DNA of 64,000 nucleotides from Rebecca billardiae RCC1528 (lineage: Eukaryota > Protista > Haptophyta), in contig OZ251239.1 in assembly GCA_965240325.2 (NCBI GenBank), positions 558,001-622,000 on the forward strand, given 5' to 3'. The notes below the pieces were generated by a model that was given only the letters and a program-made list of their open reading frames with translations, ran no database searches and was not told where the DNA came from. Shown here piece by piece: positions 1 to 11,902 of this stretch. The stretch's first letter is position 1. Every line of letters begins with the position of its first letter. The translations under genes and the position numbers were made by a program.

Positions 1-2
1 GC

Positions 3-1076
3 GTGCTCCGCGCGTACACCGAGGTGCACACCGAGGCGTGCACCAGCGTCGCCTTCCACGGCGGCGACCGCCGGGCGCTGCTAAGCGGCTCGGTGGACGG
101 CCTGCTCTGCGTGCTCGACACCGAGCGCGAGCCGAGCGACGACGAGCTGGTGCGCAGCGTGTGCAACCCGGGCGACGCGGTCGTCCGCGCCGGCTCGTTC
201 GACGGCTGGCCCCCCGCGCACACCAGCGCGCACGCGTACTGTGTAAGTGGCACGGAGGTGGTGAGTGCCTGGGACCTGAGCAGCGGGCTTCGCCGCGCCG
301 AGTGGGCCAACCTAAGCCGCTCGGCGCTGCAGCTGCTCGCCGAGGCGGAGGAGCCCGGCGCGGGCGCGCCGCGCGCGCACGGGCCCGCCGCCGACTACAT
401 CGTCGACTGCGTCCACGACGCGCGCGCGAGCGCGCCGCTCGTCATCGTCGCCGGCACGCACGGCGGCGAGCTGCGGCTGCTTGCGGGCGGTGCGGCGGGC
501 GGCGAGGCGCGAGCGCTCGGCCGGCTCGGGCTGGGCGGCGCCGAGCCTGCGAACGGGCACGGCGCGAGCGTGCGCGCGTGCGCGTGGGTGCCCGCCGCCG
601 CGCGGCTGCTCACCGCGGCCGAGGACGGGCGGCTGTGCTGCTGGCGAGGCGACGAGCTGCTGGCCGAACCGCCGGGCGCGGAGGAGGCGGCGGAGGCGGC
701 GGAGGGCGCGGAGGGCGCGCCGGCCGCGCGTGCGACCGGCGCGGCCGACGCTGGTAGGGCGGAGCGCGCTGCGGAGCACCACGCCGACGCCGAAGCCGAC
801 GCCGACGTGGAGCACGCCGGCCGCCGGCGCGCGGCCGGGGCGCGGCAGCTGCCCACCGCTCGGCAGCGCGCGGCGCGCAGCGCGCTGCGCGCCTCCGCCC
901 GCGGACCCAAGCTCTCGCGCGCCGCCGCGCTCGCACTGCTCGCCGAGTGCCGCCCCGCGCACGTGCGCGCGGTGACGCACGAGCGCTACGGCGCGCGCAC
1001 GCACTGGCTCGGCCGCGTGCGCGCGCTGGCCACGCGCCACCGCCGCCGAGCGGACGCGCTCTTCGACGGGCTCTGA
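3..1076 (+). CDS. WDR89: WD40-repeat protein, WDR89-like (5' end outside window)
   Basis: HTEACTSVAFH...LLSGSVDGLLCVLD, the E/D-rich loop before 'RSVCN', and terminal GHGASVRACAW...LLTAAEDGRLCCW WD repeat match the WDR89 pattern. The low-complexity C-terminal extension may contain an unrecognised intron. Confidence 0.7.
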   Translation: MLRAYTEVHTEACTSVAFHGGDRRALLSGSVDGLLCVLDTEREPSDDELVRSVCNPGDAVVRAGSFDGWPPAHTSAHAYCVSGTEVVSAWDLSSGLRRAEWANLSRSALQLLAEAEEPGAGAPRAHGPAADYIVDCVHDARASAPLVIVAGTHGGELRLLAGGAAGGEARALGRLGLGGAEPANGHGASVRACAWVPAAARLLTAAEDGRLCCWRGDELLAEPPGAEEAAEAAEGAEGAPAARATGAADAGRAERAAEHHADAEADADVEHAGRRRAAGARQLPTARQRAARSALRASARGPKLSRAAALALLAECRPAHVRAVTHERYGARTHWLGRVRALATRHRRRADALFDGL

Positions 1077-1659
1077 TCTGCGCCGTCCGCGCCGACCAAT
1101 CACGTCCGGGCACTGACTGGGCAGGCTGCGTGCGCTCACATTGAGCATACCGGTCCGACGCCATTAAGTGTGGCTCAGTCGCAGCATGCGCACTCTCATG
1201 CCTCAGTGATCCAACGCCAACGGCAGTCCGGTGCTGCGGGCTGGCGGCCTGTAACGCTTCAGACTCATGTCATGGCCAGATCAAGCCGATTGGGTACTCA
1301 TTCGATCTATATGATCATGCGTTATGATGACAACTGGAACTGTATTTTACCCGCCAATTTTGAATACAATGATGATGATATACGTAGTTATTCTTACTTG
1401 CACGCCCATACGCATATATATATATGTATAATATATGCTACTGTTGGAACCCTGACGTGCTCTCCTATTTCGTCATAAAGCTTCTGATGTATTTGACCCA
1501 TGGCGTTTTCCAATAGTATCGATTACAAGTGCCGTTGGACCTAGTCGGTGGAACCGGCGGGAGATGCTGATCTTGCATGGGAACCCTGAAAGAATATACC
1601 GATCTCACGGCTCACCACCGCAACTGTACCCGCACCGACGCTCGTGTTGCCGCAGCGCG

Positions 1660-4600
1660 ATGCCGAGCCCATTGGCCTCGCGGCTGCACCGGCTGAGCTG
1701 GCCATCGCCACCCGAGCTCGTGCTCATCTCCGACCCGGGACCTGACCCCGACGACGTCAAGGCGATCCTCATCGCGGGCACGCTGCACCGCCGCGGCATC
1801 GTCGCGCTCAAGCTCGTCGTCGCGAACGGCGGCGGCGAGCAAGTGCGCGCCCGCGCCAAGCTGGCGCGCTGCCTGCTCGACGCGATCGGGGCGAGCGGGG
1901 TGCCGGTGGCCGTGGGCAGCAGTGGTAGATCATACCAGCCAGTCGCGCACGAGTACCGCCTCGACGGCTTCGACGCCGTCGACGAGGCGCGGCTCGAGCC
2001 CGACGGGCACGCGGCGCTGTGCGCGGTGCTCCGGGCGGCGCGCCCCAAGGCGCTGACGGTGGTGTGCATCTCGAGCCTGCGCGACTTTGCGGACCTGGTC
2101 GCCACGCACCCTGCGCTCGTGCTCGCCAAGCTCGAGCGCGTCGCCGTGCAGGCCGGCCTCGAGTACGACGAGGCGGCGGCGCGCTGGGTCGCCGACACGT
2201 CCACCAACAACAACTTTGACGTGAGCGCGGCGCAGGCGGTGTACGACTTCTGCTTCGGGCGGGGGCTGCCGCTCACGGTGGTGAGCCGGCACGCGGTACC
2301 TCTGCTCCCCATGCAGCTCGCCCGCTCGTTCGCCACGCGCACGCACTCGCCCGTGATGCGCTACCTCGCGGACGCGCAGTTCCTCGGGCTCGAGGGCCTC
2401 TGGCAGAAGCTGTGCGAGGGCAAGCTGCCCGCGCGCTGCTCCAAGGCGTGGTACTTTGAGACGTTCTGCGGCGTGGGCGCGGAGGCCTTCGATGCGGCGG
2501 GCCACGAGCGCCTCGACGGCACCGCCGACATCGTGCCGCACCTCAACGGCTACATCAAGCCGTACGACGGTGCGGCCTGCGGACCAGCGTGCGCCCCACA
2601 CCCCACCCTCGGAGCGTGTGTGTCGCGTGCCCGCCTCGCGCGCGCACGCACCCGCCTCGCGCTCGTGCTCGCGCGCGCGCACGCGCACCGCCCTTGTGCG
2701 CGAGCGGCGCCGCGCGGTCGCACCACATTCCCGATCCCATCCGTTCACCGCCGCTCACCGCCGCGCCGCCGCGGGGTGCGCGCTCTCTGCGCGGGGCGTG
2801 GTGTGCCGCAGTCGTCACGCTGATGAGCGCACTGCCCGGTGCGCCGTCGGAGCCGTTCGCGCGCTGCGCCCGCGCCGAGCTGCGGCTCTCGCCGTCCGCA
2901 CCGGCGGCGGCACACGCGCTCTTCCTCAGCGCCGAGCACGGTATCGGCGCGGAGCCGGTGATTGACACGCTGCGACACGTGTATCGTGAGACGCACCGCG
3001 CCACGCGTCGTCCGCGCCGCGTGCCGCGCCCTCCCGCGGCGCCGCCGCACGCGCTGCACAGCGGCGGTCTGGGCCTCACCTGCGCTGCACGTGCGCCCTC
3101 TCCCGCGGCGCGCGCCGCTGTCGGTGCGCGCGCAGACGACGTCGTGCTCGTCACGGCGCCGCCGCTCCCCGTCAACCGCCATCTCATGGATGAGCCGGTG
3201 CGCAAGAACTCGCGCGAGTTGAACCGGAGTGCCCTGCCGCCTGCCACGCTCGAGCCCGCCGCCGAGCGCGCGGACACTGAGCTCGGTCTCGGCGTACCCA
3301 CGAGCGCGCCGCCAGGAGTGTCGCGGCAGACACTCACCGGCGCGCGCCACGCGGCGCGCGGCATGGCGAGCACGGCCAAGGGCCGCGCGCCCTCGGCGCG
3401 CGCCACGCACGCGCCCGGCGACGACGTGCTCGAGCCGGAGGCCATCGTGGCGCTGCTCGACGCTGCGCTGACGGACGCACACGGCCGGCTGCAGCAGGTG
3501 ACGCGCGTCGCAGCGGTCTGCTCCGTCCTTCTCTTCGCGCTCGCGGCGAGCCTGTGGGGCTGGGCCGTGTTCGTGCCGCCGCCGGCCGAGGCGGGCATGG
3601 CGGGTCGCTCGTCCCGCCAGATGGTCGGGGTCGTGAGCGGCACTGGTCTGGTCCTCAGCATGGTGCTTGCGGCGCTCGCGCTGCAGCCAATCGCATCGCA
3701 CGCGAGCGCCACGACCGCGCTGGCGCTCGTGATTGCGGTCGGCCACGTCTTCCTGGTGATCTCTGTGCTGCAGCTCATGCTGGCGCAGCTGCGGCACGAG
3801 CCGGGCTCGATCGCCTTCTGCGGCGGCGCGCCCACGCACGCGATGTACGTGGCGAACTCCGCGCGCCTCTGCAGCGCGGCGGTCGTCACCACCGGAGGGC
3901 TCATGTTTCTTGGCGGCACGTGGGCGCGCTCGCACGCGCTCGACGGCGCGCGGCGGCAGTCGATGCGGCTGCGCGCGCTTTGGGCAATCGTCGTGGTGGA
4001 GTTCGTGCTGGTCGCGACGCCGACCGCTGTGATCATCTTCGCGCGCTGCGTGCACGAGCGCGAGGCGGGCGTCTGGCAGGACGCCGCCCTGCTGCCCGTC
4101 ACAGCCGCGCGCGCGGTCGTCACGCTTGCGCTGTGCTCGGCTTTGCTCGCGCCGCACGCGCGCACGCGCGCCCAGGCGCTGCTGGCGTGGACCGCGTGCG
4201 CGCGCCGAGACGCCGTGGCTGTCGCGCTTGCACCGCTCGTGGGCTTCGGCTCGGCCGAGGCGGTGGAGCCGGCGAGGCTCGTGCCGGAGGCGCTGCGCGC
4301 GCTGCACGGTGTGCCGCTCGACTCGCGCTTGCTCCGCGTGCTGCGGCTGCGGCACACGCCACCCGCCGGACACGCCGCCGCCGTCGGTGGGTGGCGCGCG
4401 TGGCTGCCCCGAGTGGCGGGGCGCAGGGGCGACGCCCGCGTCCGTGCCCGCGCCGCGCCCGCGCTCGTCGCGCCGTTCAGCGCCGGCGATCTGGACGTCG
4501 TGGCCGCCGAAGTCAACGAGCGCGCGACGGACTCTGCAACAGTGTCCGCGGATTCGGCCCACGCCGCGACGCAACGGCACTCGGGCCGTAAGCTCGCGAG

Positions 4601-5306
4601 CGCGGCGCGAGGTGTGCTGCGCCGTGGCTTCAGCCTGGCGTCGCGCGTCGCGACCACGCGCGTGGACGTGGTGGACCGTGCGCAGCAGCCGCACGCAGTC
4701 GACTGGCTAGTCGTGCACTCGCGCGCCGACGAGCCAGACGCGCGGCTGCGCGCGCTGCGCGGGTGGGCGCGCGCGCACGCGGCGCGCACGGGCGCAGCAC
4801 CGACGGTGTGGCTCGACGAGCTGTGCGCCGACCCGATCCTCGACGCGCGACAGCAGCTCGCGCACGAGACGGTTGCCATGTGCCGCGCGCGCCGGCTGCT
4901 CTGCCTCGTCGGCCCGCGCTTCGCCGAGGACGTGGGCTGCGTCGGCAGGCTGGTCGCTTGGCGCGCGAGCGGCGGTGCCGCCGCCGACGTGGACGTGCTC
5001 GTCGTCGGCGCGAGCGCCGAAGCGCGCCGCGCCGTCGTCTCCGCCATCGACGCGTTCCACGTGATGTGGACGAGTGCCTCGCCAGGCGGCGCGCCCGAGC
5101 CGCGCGGTGGCGCCGGCGACGCGAGCCGCGCGCTTGCGCACGCCATCGAGCTGATGACCGTCTCGCGCGCCAACGCGGAGGTGCGCGCGCTGCTGCCCGC
5201 CGTGCAGCGCGTGGTGGCGGAGATGGGCGACGAGGCGGAGTCCGACTCGATGCAGCACCAGCTGAGCATCACCGCCGCCGCCGCCGCCGCCGAGGCCCAC
5301 GGATGA
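1660..5306 (+). CDS. Nucleoside-hydrolase-fold (XopQ/HopQ1-like) protein fused to a multi-pass membrane region and a degenerate TIR-like domain; 2 exons (intron 2570-2811)
   Basis: Motifs LISDPGPDPDD, NNNFDVSAAQAV and LEGLWQKLCEG..WYFETF. Removing GT..AG intron 2570-2811 gives KPYD-VVTLMSAL, the hydrolase C-terminal motif. About 5 hydrophobic helices at ~3500-4200. C-terminal WLVVHSRAD..VWLDELC..LLCLVGPRF resembles protist TIR-like domains. Confidence 0.7.
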
Positions 5307-5748
5307 CGGAACTGACGTCTGACGACAGTCTTGCAGAGTCGCGCGGCGGTGCCTCAGTGCCGCTGGCTGTCCGTCTTAGCGGCGCCACGACTCAGGCCCC
5401 CCCCCCCCGGCATGGGCAAGGCCCGAGTCCGCCCGCCTGGTTGGTGGGCGCCTGGGCGGTGGGCCGGTGGCTCTGATACCTACCGGTACCGATTTACCGG
5501 TGCGTCCGGTATCTTTCTGGAGCCCAGTTTGAAGTTGAGAGCCCTTCTACAGTTTACAGTTTACTACAGTTTACTAAGATAAGAGACGCACACAGCTCAG
5601 GCAGGCGAGATTCCTACCTGTGTCGTTAAATCATAGAATGAGTATGGGGGTATTAAAACCCCCCCTTTCATTCCTTTGCGCACACACTACACAGGGTGCC
5701 GCAGTGCGGCAGTGGCGCAGTCGGGCCCTCGCTGTCGAGGAGATCGTG

Positions 5749-7470
5749 ATGACGGGTGGGCTCGGGTGCAGGCTGGCGTCAGCTACGGCGGGCGAGGTCA
5801 CTGGGGCGTGCAGGTGGCGTTTCGTGTCGCTGGTACGAGTATTCGCCGCCGCCGCGCTGCTTCCCGCAACGACGGCCGTCGTCAGCCACCGTGTCGCCGC
5901 CGTCGACGCGCTCCGTGATGCAGTCGTCGCGTGTGAGCGCCGCGAGCAAGAGGCGGTGCGAACGTGCGTGCTGCCGAGCCTTGCGAGCCTCGGCCTGAGC
6001 GACGGAGCTCATCGCAGTTGGACGCCCAAGCTTCAACGGTTGTCATGGGTATATGGCACGCCTTTCGGAGGCCTCGGGCTCGAGCTCTTCATGGACTTGC
6101 CAACGTGCAAGCAAGGCAGAGACGGACTCAATGGCGACTGCGCACAGTTTGCACCAGCAGAGCGCCAGTCGAAACGGGTTGGCCTCCTCACGTCGCATCC
6201 TTGGGGAGACAACTTCCAGCACTTTCACATGGAGCAGCTCCCGGGGATCCACTTCTATTACGCACTGCTGCAGCACGCGTACAACAGCATGGTTGCAGGT
6301 GGCGCGAGCTCATCAGACAAGCACAAGAACTCCGAAGGACGACGAGGGCCCGAGTTGCACCTGCTCTTCGTCAACAAGGCTGGGCGGAAGAACGAGAATC
6401 AGACTCTTGCCGACGTGGGGCCTTCTGCATGGCAGCGCGAGGCGATGGAAATGCTGGGCATCCCAACTAGCCTCATCAGGGGCTGGCCGCCAGCACAGCG
6501 ATGGCTTATGTGGAGGGCAGTCTGGACGGGCACGACCATCACCGCGAGTGTGCGTACCGCTTCGGTGCAGCCCTTCTTGGCCGAGACGATAGGCCGACTC
6601 AACTTCGGGGCTCGAGCTGAGTTTGAGCGTTCGTGGGACGCCCAGGCAGGAGCTGGGCAGCGCCCACCTGCTGCTACTACCGACGGCGAGCTGTTCTACG
6701 TGACTAGGGGCAAGAGCAAGCGCACTGTCGCCAACGAGGCCGAGCTGATCGCTGCGCTGCGTCCGCTCGGGTTCCGCGTGGAAGACTTCAACAAGCACAC
6801 ACTTCGCGGCCGCGCAGCGATGCTTGGCCGCGCACGCCTCGTGGTCCACCCGTACGGCGCTGGCGTTGTCAACATGGCCTATTCGTCCTGCCCGCACACT
6901 CGCTGGCTTTTCATCTGCGGCTTGTTCTGCCAATGGGAAGTGCCGCACATCTTCGCTTCGATAGTGGGCACAGCGCAAGCGCGCGTCGTGCAGGCGAACT
7001 ACTCGAGCTTGGCGCAGAGTGATGAGCACGAGCGCGCAGCGCTGGCGGCATTGCACAACAAATGGGCCATCACTCACCACCCGTTCCACGTGGACGTCCC
7101 ACAGGTGGTTCGTGCAGTGCAACGCATGCTGGAGGAGCAGGAGAGGGGCAATGCGACCGCCTCGTCATCGTCATCATCGTCGGCTGCTACGCACCCAAGG
7201 ACGCATGCAAACACTTCCGACGAACAGCCATCGCGGCGCATGGGCCGTCATCCAGGCTGCAGCTGGAGCTTGCCAGGAGCTTCCTCCGAGTCGCCACCGC
7301 GCTCATCTCTGCCGACTTCAACAGCACAGTGGCAGGAACTCTGGGACCAGCAAGACTTCCCGGGCGAGGCCCAGCCACCGAAAAAGGGTGACACCGAGTG
7401 GACAAGAGCTCTAAAAATCGCAGAGGAGGCCGCACGCATCCAGGAAGCAGCACGACGCGGCGGGCACTAA
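5749..7470 (+). CDS. Glycosyltransferase family 61 (DUF563-type) protein
   Basis: N-terminal hydrophobic anchor; NFQHFHMEQLP; FYVTRGKSKRTVANEAELIAAL; ARLVVHPYGAGVVNMAY (variant of the GT61 HGAGLxN motif). Intronless. Confidence 0.7.
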   Translation: MTGGLGCRLASATAGEVTGACRWRFVSLVRVFAAAALLPATTAVVSHRVAAVDALRDAVVACERREQEAVRTCVLPSLASLGLSDGAHRSWTPKLQRLSWVYGTPFGGLGLELFMDLPTCKQGRDGLNGDCAQFAPAERQSKRVGLLTSHPWGDNFQHFHMEQLPGIHFYYALLQHAYNSMVAGGASSSDKHKNSEGRRGPELHLLFVNKAGRKNENQTLADVGPSAWQREAMEMLGIPTSLIRGWPPAQRWLMWRAVWTGTTITASVRTASVQPFLAETIGRLNFGARAEFERSWDAQAGAGQRPPAATTDGELFYVTRGKSKRTVANEAELIAALRPLGFRVEDFNKHTLRGRAAMLGRARLVVHPYGAGVVNMAYSSCPHTRWLFICGLFCQWEVPHIFASIVGTAQARVVQANYSSLAQSDEHERAALAALHNKWAITHHPFHVDVPQVVRAVQRMLEEQERGNATASSSSSSSAATHPRTHANTSDEQPSRRMGRHPGCSWSLPGASSESPPRSSLPTSTAQWQELWDQQDFPGEAQPPKKGDTEWTRALKIAEEAARIQEAARRGGH

Positions 7471-9037
7471 TAATTGGGACTGCTCAGTAGTGGGGTCGCG
7501 TCTTTTTGCGCGTTGACGTGCAAGCGGGCGTCGCTCTTCGCCACGCGCAACAGGTCCTCATCGTCTAGCAGCCGACTCAAGTTGGCTGCTGCGGCACAGC
7601 CCGTGCTCACGCCCTGCGCGCCAGATCCAACGCTGGCGCGGACACCGCGCGAGGATTCCCGAGACGTTTTTTCGCCCGATTCGCGATTGCTGCCCTCGTC
7701 GTCTCGTGTGCAGGTCGAACGAGGTCGAGGACCAAAATCGACCAGCGTGGAGCCGGTACGCCGGCTCGGCGCCGTCGGCCCACCGAATCGTGTGACCCGT
7801 GGGGCGACCCTCGCCAGACTTGCACGGCGAGCGCTCGCACCGGCCATAGCACCAGGCGCTGCGCACGATGGCAACCTCGCGCGATCCACCGGAGCGCGTC
7901 GGGCTCGGTGCGGAAAGGCCCTCATCACGAGGTGTCTCGCGGGCGGGAAGCGCCATCGCACGCGCCGGCGGGGCAAGATTTGGCGCGGCCATCATTCTGA
8001 ACACCATCACCGGAATCCACGACGGCGGCTCCTCTGCAGGGACGCGGGGCGCATGCAAATCCGTTTGCTACACCGAAGCCCACGTCCGGCCTGCATGGCG
8101 TTGATGGTGGCCAATGCGACGGAAGCGCAGCGCAAAGAGCACCTCCCGGGTCTGTCGTCGTGGCAGGAAGCGCATCTTGGCGAGTCGGCGGCCCTCGCCG
8201 CAGCGCGACACAGACGAGCCAATGCTGCCATCCGCAGAGATGTCACGGATGAAACGGCCGAGCGTGCAACATTTTTGCGCCATCCTCCTCCATGGCACGG
8301 GCGCTGCGGGACGAGGCGGACGTCGTCAAGCTGTTGGCAGATGCGCTGCGATTCGTGTACTTGCTCGAGCAGCTCGTGCCCACCCTCGATCGCGAGTTGT
8401 ACACGCTGTCGCTGTGCGCACGCACGCACCACCAACAACTCCTCGTGCCGCCGAACACGCGGGTGCCTGACCTGGTCCTGTCGCGCGGAGCGGCGAGCAC
8501 CGACGACCGCTAGCTTGGACGTGGACGCGCTAGTGCGCAATATCCGTAGTACTACTCTGAACGAATGAATACAGCATATATATATAATGATGGCGTTGCC
8601 ACACGTCACTGTCACTATACTAGCTGCCGACGAGCCGTATTGCTTAATTAATGTCTAAATGACCGACAACAGCGGGCCCGAGGCCGTCGAAAATCCGTAG
8701 CTACAATAGTAATAATACATATATATTATTTAATATATATATATATATATCGGAACCACAGGCTCCACAGCAGGCACAGACGCGACGGCCCGCAAGGACA
8801 ATATTGCGACAGCACTATCTGGCACGGCCCGCCGCCCCCCCCCGCGGGCCGGCCCCCGCCCGCCTGCCGCCAGCAGGTGGCCGCCAGCAGGGCAATATAT
8901 ATATATATATATACTACGTGCGCGAGTGCCATTATCAAGCGGCGGGCAGTAGGCGGTGACCACGACTACGCCACGGTGGCCCGCAGTGGCCGCACCTCGT
9001 GACCTCGTCCGAGCCTGAGCCGCTGAGGTTGCCCTGC

Positions 9038-11732
9038 TCAATCGAAATATCTGTCGTCGTCCTCGTCGCTTCGTCGCTCGTAGTCAGCGCGGCCGCTGGC
9101 GGCATAGTCCCCGCCAAGCCCAGCATCGTCGTCGTCGTCGTCGTCGTCTTCGTCGTCGTCAGCATCGTCCGCGCCGCCGTAGCTCGCGCCCGGCTCCTCG
9201 TCGTCGTCGCGACCGTGTCCGTGACCGTCGCGGCGATCGTCGTCGCTTCCAGCGCTCTGCTCGCCATCGGCGCCGCGACGGCCGCGAGCGGAAGGTGCGC
9301 GACGGCGCGCGCGCTCCGCCGCGCCGTCGAGCTCGAGGCCGAGCCCGAGGTCGAACGTGTCCGCCGCCGCCCCCTCCTCCTCGTCCCGCTCTGACGCGCT
9401 GCTGTGCGCACCCCAGGGGCCGAGCGCGCGCGCGGCGGACAAGCCGCCGGCATCGCTGCCGGTCGCGGCCGTGCGCACGCGGGCGCGCGGACTGCTCCGA
9501 GCGGCGGCCCCTGCGGCCCTGGCGCCGCTGCGCTTGGGCGTGCTGCCCCCGCTGCTCGGGCGGGCGGGCGAGCGCGCGGGCGCGCCGCGCCGCGCGTCCG
9601 CGCCGCCGCTCCCATGAGCCAGCGTCAGCATGGCCGCCGCACGTGGTGCAGGGCTGGGCTCGGCGCCGGCGCGCGGCCGAGCGCGCCGCGCCGCGCCTGC
9701 CGCGGGTGCGGCGCGGCGCGAGGCTGTGGGAGCTTCCCGGCGCGGTGGCGCCGATGCCACGCGGCGCGCGTACGGCGCCCGCGCCTGCTCCTGCTCGCCC
9801 CTCTCGCGCGCGGCGCCCAGCACGGCGCTCTCGCCGCTGCGCGGGTGCGCGCGCGGCGCTGTTTGCTCAGGCTCTGCAGCGGCGCGCTCTGCGGCGCGGC
9901 GGCGCGGCGGCGCGCGGCCCGTGAGCAGCTGCGCCTCGAGCGCTTGCAGCTCGCGCATGGCGGTGCTCAGCTCGCCGCCGCCACTCGGCGCACCGCCCGC
10001 CGCGCCGCGCGCCGAGCGGCCAGCCGCGCTGCCCGGCGCTCCCGAGCCGGCCCCTGCCGAGCGCGGCGGCGGCGGCGTGGGGCCCGCGCTCGGCTGCTCC
10101 GCTGCAGGCGGCCGCGGACTGCGCTTGGCGGATGCGGCGGCAGCGGCCGCGCCGCCGCCGGGCCGCCACGCCGCCGGTGGCGCCCACGGCTTGGTTGGCG
10201 CGCGCTTCGACTCATCCGCCTCCGGCCGCTCGTTGACCTCCATCCGCTCCGTGAGCAGCCGGACAGTCCGGGCGAGCACGTCCAGCCGCGCCTGCTGCCG
10301 CCGCTCCGAAGTCCGGACCGCGTCCAGAGTCCGGGACTCCACACCGGACAGGGCGGCGTGCAGCGCGTCGTCGGCGGGCGAGCCGGGCGAGCCGGGCGTG
10401 CGAGCCGTCAGCGCGGCCGCCGCGCCGTCGAGCGTGCCGCGCGCCCGCCCGCCCGTGCGCGCACGCACCCAGCCATCATACACACCGTCAAGCACGCTGC
10501 TGCCGCCAGCGCGCGGCGCACGCGCGCGCGGCGCGGCGCGCGGCGGCGCGGCCTCCTCGCCCTCGGCGGCGGCGCGCTGGCGGCGGCGGGACGGGCTGGG
10601 CGGGCTGGTGTCCGCGCGGGCGGCGGCGGCGAGCACCTCCTCGCGCAGCTCGTCCACGCGAGACAGGCACTCCTGCGCCCGGCGCGGCGCCGACGGGCGC
10701 GCGCGCGTGCGCAGCACAGCGCGCACTGAGGTGAAGGCTGAGGGAGCGCGGCGCAGGCGCGGGGCGCACGCGCGGCGCGCGCGCGCGGGTGCGGGCGCAG
10801 CGAGCCGCCGCGGCGATGCGCGGCGGCAGGCGCACGCCGCGTCGTCCGTGCGCGCGGCGGCACGCACCGCCGCCGGCCGCACCGCCGCGCTCGGCGCGCA
10901 CCTCCGCCACGCGCGAGCACGCCATCTCGGCGCGCCGGCAGCGTTCGTCGGCCGATCGCCGCGCCGCCTCCGAGCGCTCGCCGAGCGCACGCACGCCCTC
11001 CGCCGCCTCCTGCTGCGCAGCCTCGCGCGCGCGGCGCTCGCTGGCGAGGAGCTTGCTCAGGTGCGCGTCCGACGCAGCAGCGCCCGGCGCTGGCTGGCTT
11101 TCCACGCGCGAGAGCTGCGCCCGCGGCGGCCCGTGCCCCGGCGCGGTGCGCGGCCGCGCGCGCGTTCGGCACAGCGCGTGAACGCGCAGCCGCGCGGCGT
11201 GCGCGGCGTGAGCGGCGCGGCAGGCGTGCGCGAGATCACGGCATCGTCGCGCGGCAGCGAGTGCACGCGCGCGCGCGCGCACCCGCGTGGCCAGATCCGT
11301 GACCTGCGCACCGAGCGCATGCAGCTGGGCGGACCCCGCCACCGGGTCGGAGCGAGCGCGCAGCTCCGAGCGCAACGCGCTGACCTCCGCCTCGAGGCGC
11401 GCGCCGGTCTCGGTGGCGGTGCTCTCGACGCGCGCAACCGCCTCGCGCTCCCTCGAGAGCGCCGCGTGCGCGTCGTGCAGCTCCGCCTCGAGCGCGCGCG
11501 CGCGCTGCTCCGCCTCCGCCGCCCTGCTCTCCACCATCCGCGCGAGCCGCACGGTCTTGAGAACATTCTCATCGGTGGCCGCTGACTTGCGCTCGAGGTC
11601 GTCGAGGCGCTGGGCGAATGCGGAGACCTGCAGGCTCGCGGTCGTCACCCGCTCGAGCTGAAGCTCGAGGAATGCCGTGTACTGCCGAGCCGTGTTCGAG
11701 GAGGCACCGCTCGGCTGGAGCGTGCGCGCCAT
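9038..11732 (-). CDS. Multi-exon coiled-coil protein of unknown function with acidic C-terminus
   Basis: ATG 11732, MARTLQP..QYTAFLELQLERVT.. heptad-rich segment. GC-rich GT-AG introns apparent near 11282-11117 and 10900-10673. Last exon ends DDDRYFD*. Exon boundaries approximate. Confidence 0.5.
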
Positions 11733-11902
11733 CGTTCGTGCGCGCACTTGAACTGGAGAAGGCCGGTGCCGTTTCGTCTCGCGGAATCAATAATGAAGCC
11801 GGTGGAGTGCCGCTTCGCTTTCCCGCGAGCTGGCTCTTTCAGCGACCCGCGGCCGGCCCGCCCGCCATCATCGCCAGCGCACACAACGTCGAGCAGGCGG
11901 TC

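Noticed and set aside
7474-8568. 364-aa ORF
   Set aside because: No recognisable motif; protein-like stretches switch frames, so no gene model can be supported.
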